Source: Lingula anatina (lineage: Eukaryota; Animalia; Brachiopoda). From it: DNA of 64,000 nt. The notes under the pieces are model-generated. The model had not been told where the DNA came from and made no database searches. It saw only the letters and a program-made list of their open reading frames with translations. A program made the position numbers and the translations under genes. The DNA is taken from contig CM120648.1 in NCBI GenBank assembly GCA_051362555.1, positions 7,560,587 to 7,624,586 of the forward strand, written 5' to 3'. Shown here in pieces: positions 53,201 to 64,000 of this stretch. Position 1 is the first letter of the stretch; the number at the start of each line of letters is the position of its first letter.

Positions 53201-56200
53201 ATGGAACTTCAAAGTCACACCTTAAAAATGCCAAAATGTAAACAAGACTGCACTGTTCTGAAATGGGTTTATTTCCATTTTTAACACTTTTTTAACATAA
53301 AACAAAATTAATAGGATACTGCCATTTTTTATATGATCAACTAAGAAAATTGATGAGATGTGAAAAATATCAATAGAACAGTGTTAAATGTCCAATTTCT
53401 TCCATTCTGAGATTCTGAACATACTGAATTATTGAATATGACAAACTGCAATGATATGAGTTTATTTCCATTTTTGACACTTAATTACACAATACACGAT
53501 AACAAGTTTACCATCATTTTTACATAATCAACTAACAATGTTGTAAAGATGCAGGAAATGTCAAACAAACACTTTTACGTATCTTATTAGTTCAATAATG
53601 AGACTGTTAACATGCCTAAGAATTGAATCTGTAGAAATGTGAAACAAGACAGCACTGTTCTGAAATGGTTTTTTTCCCATTTTTAACAATTTTTTTACAC
53701 AAAACGAAATTAACAGTTTACTGCCATTTTTATAAAATCAACTAAGAAAATTGTTGAGATGGGAAAAATATCAGTAGAATAGTGTAAAATGTCCAATTTC
53801 TTCCATTCTGAGATTCTGAACATACTGAATTATTGAATATGACAAACTGCAATGATATGAGTTTATTTCCATTTTTGACACTTTATTACACAATACACGA
53901 TAACAAGTTTACCATCATTTTTACATAATCAAATAACAATGTTGTAAAGATGCAGGAAATGTCAAACAAACACTTTTACGTATCTTATTAGTTAAATAAT
54001 AAGACTGTTAACATGCCTAAGAACTGAATCTGAGGAAATGTGAAAAAACTGCATTTTTTTTAAATAATGGCCTGATTATGCTGATTTTTTAACTCAACCT
54101 GCGTTTTAGCAGGAATGACCACTCCTGTAAGTTTAATGACAATTGGCCTATCTGTTTTTCTTATATTGTGTTTACAGTGTTGCATATATGCTGAAAAGTG
54201 AAAAAAAAAGCATAACTACTAAAATAGTGGCCTGATCCTGCCGATTTTCGAACTTGACCTGCATTTTATGAATATTCATCAGCTCTGTAAATATACAGCC
54301 AAAAAGTAAAACTTTCTTCCACTTATCGTGTTTACAATGAAAGTGCACAGCCCTGGCGACAGCGACAGTGATGGCAACGACGGCGACGACAGACGCAGGT
54401 GATGGCCATATGTACAGACACGTCTGTACATATAAACTGTACTGTTTGAGAACAATAAGTGACATGGTTTTTCTTAAATGGTCATCATGGGAGCAGTGCC
54501 CAAAATAGTTTTTTTTCAAATTTTGATGCAATTTTACATAATGTTTAACAGCATAATGACCATCAATTTTTAATAATAAAATATTAGTATCATGGACAAA
54601 CAGAAAACGTGACTAACAAAGGTTTTTAGGCCGATGGAACTTCAAAGTCACACCTTAAAAATGCCAAAATGTAAACAAGACTGCACTGTTCTGAAATGGG
54701 TTTATTTCCATTTTTAACACTTTTTTAACATAAAACAAAATTAATAGGATACTGCCATTTTTTATATGATCAACTAAGAAAATTGATGAGATGTGAAAAA
54801 TATCAATAGAACAGTGTTAAATGTCCAATTTCTTCCATTCTGAGATTCTGAACATACTGAATTATTGAATATGACAAACTGCAATGATATGAGTTTATTT
54901 CCATTTTTGACACTTAATTACACAATACACGATAACAAGTTTACCATCATTTTTACATAATCAACTAACAATGTTGTAAAGATGCAGGAAATGTCAAACA
55001 AACACTTTTACGTATCTTATTAGTTCAATAATGAGACTGTTAACATGCCTAAGAATTGAATCTGTAGAAATGTGAAACAAGACAGCACTGTTCTGAAATG
55101 GTTTTTTTCCCATTTTTAACAATTTTTTTACACAAAACGAAATTAACAGTTTACTGCCATTTTTATAAAATCAACTAAGAAAATTGTTGAGATGGGAAAA
55201 ATATCAGTAGAATAGTGTAAAATGTCCAATTTCTTCCATTCTGAGATTCTGAACATACTGAATTATTGAATATGACAAACTGCAATGATATGAGTTTATT
55301 TCCATTTTTGACACTTTATTACACAATACACGATAACAAGTTTACCATCATTTTTACATAATCAAATAACAATGTTGTAAAGATGCAGGAAATGTCAAAC
55401 AAACACTTTTACGTATCTTATTAGTTAAATAATAAGACTGTTAACATGCCTAAGAACTGAATCTGAGGAAATGTGAAAAAACAGCATAACTTCTAAAATA
55501 ATGGCCCGATTATGCTGATTTTCGAACTCAACCTGCGTTTTAGTAAGATTGACCACTCCTGTGAGTTTAATGACAATTGGCCTAACGGTTTTCCTTATAT
55601 TGTGTTTACAAGGTTGCATATATGCTGAAAAGTGAAAAAACAGCATAACTTCTACTATAATGGCCCGATCATGCTGATTTTCGAACTTGACCTGCGTTTT
55701 ATGAATATTCATCAGCTCTGTAAATATAAAAGCAAAAAATAAAATAGTGATCCACTTATTGTGTTTACAAGGAAAGTGCACGGCATCGGCATCGGCATCG
55801 GCATCGCCATCGGCGACGACGGCGACGACAGACACAGGTGATGGCAATATGTACAGACACATCTGTGTCTGTACATAATAAATAAAAATAATAAATAAAT
55901 AAATCAATTAATTAAAAAAACATTTTAAACTGTAAAAGAAGTGTTTTACCTTTTATAAGTTTCTCCAAGATCTCTTTCTCCTCATCCTTTATAACCTCAT
56001 GTCCTTCGATATCTTCAATTTTTTCAATAATCTTAGTTGTTGCACGTGCCCGTTGAAAGGTTTCGAAGATGCATGCTGGATGATACCATTGCTTCATATC
56101 TCCTCCTTCATCAGAGAATGGATTTGTTACAACTTTGGCTATTCTGAACACTCCTTTTTCGATCTTCTGTTTACACTTCTTACAGCTTGCTTGCCCTCTT

Positions 56201-56508
56201 TTTGCATAGTCGCAGCAGAATCTGTTTTCGGCCATTTCGTCTTCTGTATCACTATCAGAAGCCCAATCTGATAGTCCCCTTTGAAAGGTGCGTACTAAGC
56301 TTAACTGAAGCCCTATCCAGAGGGTTCTCTCTGCTTTCTTGTGTTTTGTCAACTTTTCAACAGTGTTAATTGTGTAAATTCCAGCACTTTGTACTAACGT
56401 TCCCTGCAACGTGTGGACGTTACAGGGTTGCCCCACAATGCATTGAACTGGCTTCAGTCGTTGAAGTAAGAGGTTTTCTGTCTTAGAAAGCCGTAACAGC
56501 TTTAACAT
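39697..56508 (-). CDS. LIG3: DNA ligase III (PARP-type zinc finger, DNA-binding, adenylation and OB domains, PBZ, BRCT); 22 coding exons, 1024 aa from first ATG
   Basis: Exons: 56508-55950, 50045-49926, 49534-49355, 48939-48833, 48579-48535, 47892-47803, 47501-47422, 47165-47088, 46834-46666, 46237-46082, 45754-45623, 45277-45198, 44821-44734, 44257-44180, 43233-43110, 42413-42196, 41918-41772, 41593-41330, 41032-40922, 40403-40318, 40014-39942, 39786-39697. They total 3075 nt and all phases are compatible. Motifs: [22 protein letters not shown] (zf-PARP), EIKYDGER (active-site Lys), [23 protein letters not shown], and a C-terminal BRCT ending in [12 protein letters not shown]. Confidence 0.96.
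42749..43001. mobile_element. Foldback/MITE-like element in a LIG3 intron
   Basis: Termini tagtgtagga...tcctacacta, with inner arms ctccctgggaagtctcactaaattgct...ggcttaaatgt and acatttaagcc...agcaatttagtgagactccccagggag. Confidence 0.75.
47927..48125 (+). mobile_element. Fragment of a dispersed repeat (attacctcc...aggttatgtttt type; Helitron/Helentron-associated, tentative)
   Basis: It begins tgattacctccaacaaaaaggttatgttttcg followed by a ttgg/tttg tetramer-like tract. A reverse-oriented relative lies at about 60790-60972. The classification is from memory of similar elements. Confidence 0.4.
50560..55870. repeat. Tandem array with 1433-bp period inside LIG3 coding intron 1
   Basis: Identical 119-aa spurious ORFs start at 51306, 52739 and 54172 (spacing 1433). 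Each unit contains an internal ~400-bp duplication. The outer partial copies (~50560-51150 and ~55480-55870) are diverged. Confidence 0.95.
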
Positions 56509-57400
56509 TTAAGTTAAACCTCAGTTACAGCTAAAGTGAAGAAATATACTATAAATCAAAGATTAAAAATACACTACCGGTTACTAGTGGCTCAATCAGT
56601 AAAATTATTATTTTAACGTCTTTTTCTATATCCTTTACCTGCTATAATGCATATATATATATATATACAGCGCAGGGCGGCTATGACGTACGATTTTCTA
56701 TTGTTTCGGAGAGAACATGCACAAGCATGAACCAAACCGTTGTGCTTTCTTGCTGACTCTGCAATCGCCCCTGGATACGAACACAGTGCGTGTTTTTTTT
56801 TATGAAATCCAGCAGTATGTTAAGCCTGTATTATGAAATTTCACCCAAACTTACACAAATGACCATGCTACTGGGTGTAAACTTGTCTTCAACGGGAACG
56901 CGAATTCGTTGATAAATTAGGTCAATAAAATGGGTCGATATTTTTCTGGTCTCCGCATCTAAAAACCCAAGTCTATATCTGTTCAAGATAGGCCCAATTC
57001 ATAGCTACGTCTGGGAAAAAATCAAGTAAAAATAAATAAACAAAGAAAAAGATTATAAATAAATAAACAAATGTATAAATAAATAAAGTTTAATAAAAGG
57101 AATAAAAAGTGCAAAATATTAGCTGCTGGCAATAGAAAAGTGACGTTAAAATACTGAAAGTGGTTTGGTGGTGTCGGGGAGGAGGGGCAGAGGTGCGTAA
57201 GGCCTACAAATTTATATTATTTGATTATTTGCTTTGGTTTTTTCATTTTTGTTGTAATGTACCAGCTAGCTACTGTATAGAGTAGTTGGAAATTGTACTG
57301 TCCATAATCGTTCCTTGAGCGTGAAAGTGTATACGAAAAGTGAAATCTGAACTAACTGTACATTAATTAATGAGATATACTGTAACTACTGTTCGGTTTG

Positions 57401-57434
<34 letters not shown>

Positions 57435-58190
57435 GATGAATTCCCCATACTGGTACTTGCTACTGGTTATAATGAGTATATTCATAATTAGTCCAAGCTT
57501 TTTTCTAAAAGTTGTTTTTGTAATAATCTTTTTTAAGGAGATTATTAAGGAGGCATACCCATCTGTGAAGGTCCACGTTAGTCCGATGGCAAGCACAGAT
57601 TCCAGAACAATTGCTATAACTGTTTTGGTGGGGAATGTATATTATATATTTCTATTAGTTGTTTAAAATTTTTGCACTGTGAATTATGAATACGAACAGT
57701 TGTCACCCCTTAAATTTGTAATGGGTGAAAAAGATATATATAGGGCCTATGTGTTCATGTAGGCCTAATAGATTACAACTCGGTCTAAACTTCATACAAA
57801 ACTTTAAAAAAGTAATAAATAAATTTTTTGAGGAAAGAATTGGTAAACGCGAGAAAACTTGTTATGCATTTAAATCAATTTCATTTGCAACGTTTTTATT
57901 ATCTGTTTGTTCGACTTTTTTTCTGTCTGGACATTACTCATATTACTTTTGCCGGTCGGACCTCTCCCCTCCACAAGCCTACAAATTAACCTGACCTCCC
58001 AAAACTTTCATTGAATGATTCCCGTGCCTCTTACTGACAAAAACAATACCTTGGGGCAGAGCAAATTTTAAATACAATTCCGTTCATGATAAAATGGTCT
58101 TTCAAAGTGACAGTTCCATCCTTTCAACTGTAATAAAAATATTATTAAAGCGGACACTCTTTATATTGTCGTCTCTGTTGGCGCACCTGC

Positions 58191-58248
58191 TGACACGGAA
58201 GTGACGTCAAAAGTCACGTGATGGCTGTGTAATCGTAGCCATCTTTGT
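58191..58248. promoter_or_regulatory. Dense promoter motif cluster between divergent LIG3 and SPSB genes
   Basis: cggaagt (ETS), tgacgtca (CRE), tcacgtga (E-box) and gccatctt (YY1-like) occur within 60 bp. A candidate non-coding first exon follows on + and ends at donor GAG|gtaaga (58402/58403). Confidence 0.6.
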
Positions 58249-59589
58249 TCGGTGACTCAAAAGAAAGGTTGGATTTTAAAAGGCATGAAAATTCACCCTC
58301 TTTTCCTTCGCCGATCGTTCTTATACTTCTGTCATGCTATAGTTTCAAAGCCAAGCCGGTTGTTTTAGGGGAGAGATAGGAGGGATTTTACACAGCTTAG
58401 AGGTAAGAATCGCCTGGATCAGATCAACATCTGTGACTCGTCTCCGTGTTATTTTGGTAGCAAATGGGGTCACAGACAGATACAAAGAAATGAGAGATAA
58501 ATTCGCTAGCAAAACCCTCGTGGATTTGTCAAGCGTGATCCCAAACTCCTCAGCTTATTTTAAATGAACTCTCAGTTTTACTACTTTGAGTACTTGTAGA
58601 AGAAAGTTCGTGTTAAATACAGGGAAATCTGCCCATTATTAACTAGGTCACTGTTTCGGCCGTGTCCGAACAAAGGGAACGCGAGGTTGCACTATTTGTT
58701 CAAGACCCACTTTAACTCAGCACAGCTGTTAGTCAGCGTCATTTCTAACCATCACCGTGAACTCGGACAATACTCAGTTTGGTTGTTTGTAACTTGATGT
58801 GTGGTAGGTGTTAAAATTCGGGTTGCTGTCAATGCGTGAGGAAATTGCTTTGTTCTTGTAGTGTACTAGTGAAGACTAAACAAGAGGTGTTGTTCAGGTA
58901 TTTTAAGTGCAGACCTGGATAAGTCCCTATGGTTTCTGTAATAATTTGGCATGGAAAGATATTCTTTTCTGTTGAGGTTAAACATGGGTTCATACTAAAA
59001 TATTATGCTGATTTTTCACTTAGATTTAATGACAGCATCAGAAATCAGTGACAGCTGTTAACATCTGGACCTGATGATAATCATTATTTGACCCCCCTTG
59101 ATACATGTTTTTACATTCCCATTAACACTTAAGCCTGGATTTTATTGCTTTGGTCTAGGAGAAAATGAACTTTCAATTAACATCTGATTTGATATTTATA
59201 ATGTGTTTTTAGAACATATAAAATGTCTTGTCACTACTCTCCGCAGCACATGTCAAGTGTGTTTCTATAATTAAGACTATATCAGGAAAATCTGTAGGAA
59301 AAGTCATCATGGTATTAACTGATTTACTGTATTATTCATCCAGCATCATCTCATGTTAAATAAGCGGGCTTTTGAAAGCATTGTCCTTGGGTGAATTATG
59401 ATTACACAGTCAGTTGACATGCTTGATGTGATTAAGATCATAAAAGGGCCATTGTGGAGATATCAAGTATTGTCTTAAATTAGGGCACAGGTCTGCCTCT
59501 TTGAGGTAAGGGTTAAGATAGAGAAACATGAGAGTGAACATTATTGAGAGAGAGAGAGAAAGAAAGGGAGAGGGTTTGTATAAGAGGGA

Positions 59590-59592
<3 letters not shown>

Positions 59593-59675
<83 letters not shown>

Positions 59676-59683
59676 GTGAGAGA
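59593..59683. repeat. Compound (GT)n(GA)n microsatellite
   Basis: About 30 GT units followed by about 14 GA units, seen directly. Confidence 0.95.
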
Positions 59684-60409
59684 GCACAGTTAAGATTTCT
59701 TGAGTAAAAAGTTAACAGAATTTCCTTTTGAATATATTGATCCAACAATATTAGTTAGAATAACTCGTCTTTTAAAGTTTATTTATAAGCTGTACTTTAT
59801 TATTTATGGATTTGGTTATGGTATGGAACATTCACCTGGATGTACATGTGTTTTCTTTGTTGTTGAGTCATTATCTGTGTGGTATTATTATCAAAATTTA
59901 GTATTCTTGATGTTTTCTTTGTTCACATGTGGTTAAATATATAGAAATTTACATACGCTCCTAAAATAAAACATTATTTGATGAGCATTTATCAGATGTA
60001 ATATGTTAGTTGAAAAAAAAAAGATTTTTTTGGTCTAAACCTGTGATTGAATATTTTATCTATGATTGCATCTTAGTAAGCCCTTTGCTATGATATCCAT
60101 AACATTTCGTTCACAAGGGCAGTTTGGTCTACAAATACCAGTACTATTGCTGATACCCCCTCTCTGTGTTATGTTATTTAGTCTCTAGAGGTAAAGATGT
60201 ATTCGGTTCCATAATTTGGAGGTTAAAAAGCAAAGTTGTTTTGGTTAATTTGGTGGTAAACAAAATTGAACCAAGGCAGGTGTTCAGTATTTAATACGTA
60301 AGTTAAATGTGTACATAGACACTGCAGACTCTGCTAATGCATTATTTTAGCCGTAACAAGCAAAAATGCTTAATTGAAATAATGTTTGGTTTGAAACAAA
60401 GATCCTGGC

Positions 60410-60587
60410 CAGGGCTTGACACTAACTTTTTTTCGATACTGGCCCGCGATATCTGTAAATATTGCAAGGACGATTTGACACCTGACATTTTACTTGCTCT
60501 TTGGGCCAGTGACCCCAGCGATTCAATGGCCCTAGGTTGGTTTTCAGTGGCCCAGGGCCAGTGGGCCACCCTTAATGTCAAACCCTG
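60410..60587. mobile_element. MITE with CAGGG termini and 5-bp TSD
   Basis: TIR cagggcttgaca...tgtcaaaccctg. CTGGC is duplicated at 60405-60409 and 60588-60592. Confidence 0.7.
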
Positions 60588-60608
60588 CTGGCATTTTGTT
60601 GCTATGTC

Positions 60609-60761
60609 CTGGGCTCCGTAACTCGAAAGCATCGTGAATTGTGACAGTGATATCACCTTTCATTTCAATGGGGCAAGTAAATCCCAAGTTATAGAATAGA
60701 GGCAAATTTCCGTGCTCGAGTTCGGTCACAATTCATGATGCTTTCGAGATACTGAGCCCTG
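60609..60761. mobile_element. MITE with ~37-bp inverted arms (PIF/Harbinger-like ends, tentative)
   Basis: gggctccgtaactcgaaagcatcgtgaattgtgac pairs with gtcacaattcatgatgctttcgagatactgagccc. Confidence 0.7.
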
Positions 60762-63271
60762 ATTGCAAGGCCTTCTTTTGGTAAACTGATGTGAAGTCCC
60801 ATTGGTGTCTCCATTTCAAACAAGATCCACTATAAGGATTAATTCTCATTACAGACATTTTGATCCTTTCCCGAACATTCGTCAAAAACTGTCCTTATGC
60901 TGCTAAGAAAAAACTAACCCACAAACCAACCAACATTGACAAAAATATAACATCCTTGGTAGAGGTGAAATAAAAGAAAAGTAAAGGATAGAATGTACCT
61001 AACAAATGAGTCAGACATACAAACAGAGGTTGTGCAATTCAAGAAAGCTGGTATTACCTGTATCCAGAATAAGGTCAGATATTTGGGTCAGGAAGTGGGA
61101 GGGAATTTTGGCATATGAGGATCCTTCAGAAGTGAACAACAACAGCAACATCAGGAATGCATATAATTTTCCAGTAACACAACCTTGAGTGACCTTAATT
61201 GCTCTCTTTCTCAGGTGTAGCTAGCAATTTTTCCAGGTGTGCATCCAACTTATAGCCAGCAGTGGGTGGAGAGAATTCTCCACCTGTTGTGGTTTACATA
61301 CAAACTTAATGCATTGAATGCCTTCGTATATATACTGTATATGTGGCCTGAAGACGTGTAAATCTGTGGTATGTGATATCATGAGACTAAAGAGATAATT
61401 AAATAAGGGGCTGTTAAGAATGAGTTTGATTGCAGTAGCTGGCCTAGTATGCATTAACTCTACAGGGACTCTCGCTGAGTGCAGTCACATCAAGAGACCA
61501 AAACATCTCCTGGCTTTTATTAAAATATAGAAAAACTGGTGATAATGAGAGTTCATTGGAAACAAGAGGAGGCTTGTTAGTCTGTTTGTCTGATTACATT
61601 CAGCAAGAGTCCCCATACAATTGGTGCACAGTTGCTATTGTACGTAACCTAACTCATTTTGATAGCCCCTAAAGGTGGCCCTGAAGATATGCGTTAATTT
61701 GTTGTATGATGTGTCATGTGGAGATCGCAACTTGAAAGATAATTAAATAAATTTATGGAGCACTTGGTGCATGTTCAAATAATAGTGCATTTGCAGTCTG
61801 TTTTTATATTATATATGATTTGCCATGCACATACAGATTTCAGTTGTATAACAATTTATATTTACGTAAATAAAATATAAAGGATTACAGTGATTAGGTG
61901 GTTGCTCATACACCTCACATTGGATATTTCAGTTGTAATATAATTGAAATGACATTCCCTTGGCTTGAAATTTGAGAAAATATCAGCCTGGGATTTCAAA
62001 ATAAGAAATAATGAGTTTGTCGACTGAAGCACAAGCACACCATCTGTCCCTGTTGAAAAGGTCAAACAAGCAGCTAAGCAAGATCCTTGTTTTCCGTGTA
62101 TTATACAAGAGACAAGGACTGAAGTTATTTTAGGCCATATCACAACGACATTCATGGATAATAATGGTTTCTGTGGAGTAATAGGCTCAGTGTCTTTGTT
62201 CTAGCCTAAGAATTCCTGCTGTATCAGCTATGATTACATTGTAGATGGATAAAATCTGTGGATTAAATCTGGTGAATAGGACGGATTTAACGTTCATCAT
62301 AATGTCTGAATATGTCTGAGTGGCAGGCTATATTGTTATGAAATGAGACTGCCTCAGTAGCAGTGCTGTGACAGTTCTAAAGGCCTTCCTACAGTCTCAG
62401 AGCCAAGTGCTAATTAGGCCCTGACCTGAATATGGCATGCCTATATGGAAGGAAGACTATTTAATCCTGTAATTTGATTGAAAATTGAAAATATGCCCCC
62501 TCACCACAATAACGGTATGGATTTATATTTGTATACCAATATAAACATGGAAAAATATGCTTTTATGTTTGTATTAATTATGAATTAATTGATGAAAAAA
62601 GGCAAAGAATTTATTTAAAAAGTGAGAAAAGTGGTCGTTTCCTCAGTATAGATTCAGGCATTGGTGAAATAACACTTTTTTTTTGACTGATTGTACAATC
62701 TGAAAAACTTGAGTATATCACTTTCTCTTTTCAGATTAGAAAGGAAACATTTAAGGAGAATTTTTGCTGTCCATTGAACCAGCTTAGAGCGAGCCACCAC
62801 ATAGGATAATAGCTGCGTTCTATAGGGCAGTCCTCACTCAAAAAGGCAGTGGCAGGAACTCAATTCAGCTTGATTTTATCATTTTAAGAGGAAAAAAAAT
62901 CCTCCTGCAACTCATTTTGCTCTTTTGTCATTCTTGCCAGACCAGAGAAAGCAGCAAAAGAGTTACTCATAAGAAAAAAAAGGGAAATAATCTACCACAT
63001 AACTCTAGGCACTGGCATTCCTCTGTAGTGATACAAAGTTCTGTAGGGTGGTAATTTTTACAGAACAGGATTTGAAAGATTTTAACGTTAAGTAAAGAAG
63101 GGTGATTTTTTAAGAGGTGATACTGGACCACCATCTTCACATTGAAAAACAGAGCGTTTGCATGTGCTGCATAACACCCTTCTGTTTCACAACCAAAACT
63201 TTTCGTTGGTCAAGTTTTGCCTTTTTAACGGCCTCATCGTGGATTGGATGCCGTATCCCGACGCCAGACCA

Positions 63272-63968
63272 ATGAACATGGGCCAGAAGGTTTCTGGGGG
63301 CGTTAAGCAAAACGGGCGTGAGCCCTCCTATAGAATTCCATATGAGATTGCTTATAACCCTGACTTCCAAAAGCCCAGTCGATTGGATGTTCTACTGGAC
63401 ATGCCTCCTGCGCCGCTTGAAGTCCAAAACCAACAGGCGTGGAATCCGGACGATAGATCATTAAACATATTTGTCAAAGATGATGACAAGTTGACATTCC
63501 ATCGGCACCCCGTCGCACAAAGCACGGACTGTATACGTGGTCGCGTGGGTTACACCCGCGGGCTTCATGTGTGGGAGGTGGTATGGAGTGCACGACAACG
63601 TGGCACACATGCAGTAGTAGGCGTAGCCACGGCCGATGCTCCATTACACTGTGTTGGTTATCAGTCACTTGTCGGGAGCAACTGCGAATCTTGGGGATGG
63701 GACCTCACGAGAAACAAACTCTATCACGACGTAAAGAATAATCCCAGCGTAACATATCCAAATATTTATAACTCAGACGAAACATTCACTGTTCCAGACG
63801 CTTTCTATGTGGTGTTGGACATGGACGAGGGAACGATGAGTTTTATTGTCAATGGCCAATACCTTGGAGTGGCATTTCGTGGTTTAAAAGGAAAGAAGCT
63901 TTATCCTATTGTCAGTGCTGTGTGGGGACACTGTGAAATTACACATCGATACATTAATGGGCTAGATC
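63272..63968 (+). CDS. gus: SPRY domain-containing SOCS box protein (gustavus / SPSB1-SPSB4 orthology group), main coding exon; SOCS-box exon lies beyond the window
   Basis: [12 protein letters not shown]...[10 protein letters not shown]...[33 protein letters not shown]...GLHVW...W...[12 protein letters not shown]...[14 protein letters not shown]...GLD, ending at a phase-1 donor C|gtaagt (63968/63969). A further in-frame ATG lies at 63248. The probable exon acceptor is tttctcttttcag at 62734. The ORF track misses this exon, presumably because the frame does not close inside the window. Confidence 0.95.
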
Positions 63969-64000
63969 GTAAGTATTCAAACCTGGGAACTTTTAAGCAT

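Noticed and set aside
51306-54531. Three identical 119-aa ORFs (and the related ORF at 55425-55907) as a tandem gene family
   Set aside because: They are by-products of the 1433-bp intronic repeat. They have no recognisable domain, and the VVAVVA tract comes from a short simple repeat.

Overview
AT-rich, intron-containing animal genomic DNA. The peptide family found points to a lophotrochozoan invertebrate, but the species cannot be fixed from sequence. I can reconstruct five genes by hand. (1) The first coding exon of a secreted prepropeptide (-, 3325-3516), whose remaining exons seem to lie left of the window. (2) A complete three-exon neuropeptide precursor (-, 20139-21921) that is hidden from the ORF track. 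It should release pQDKGFPMCIWKICPQAPWTRH-amide, a somatostatin/urotensin-II-like C-x-W-K-x-C peptide. (3) A two-exon orphan gene (+, 24347-33769). Its 8.5-kb intron holds a decayed TTAA-flanked DNA transposon, a 323-bp miniature LTR element with a tRNA cloverleaf in each LTR, and a 5'-truncated L2/CR1-type LINE. (4) DNA ligase III (-, 39697-56508; 22 coding exons, 1024 aa) with an N-terminal leader, an extra PBZ zinc-finger exon, a U12-type intron, a GC-AG intron and a ~5.3-kb tandem array in its first coding intron. (5) A divergently transcribed SPSB/gustavus gene (+, from 63272, running off the window). Several MITE-like inverted-repeat elements and microsatellites are scattered through the rest. 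All exon models were derived by manual translation and need RNA-seq confirmation.
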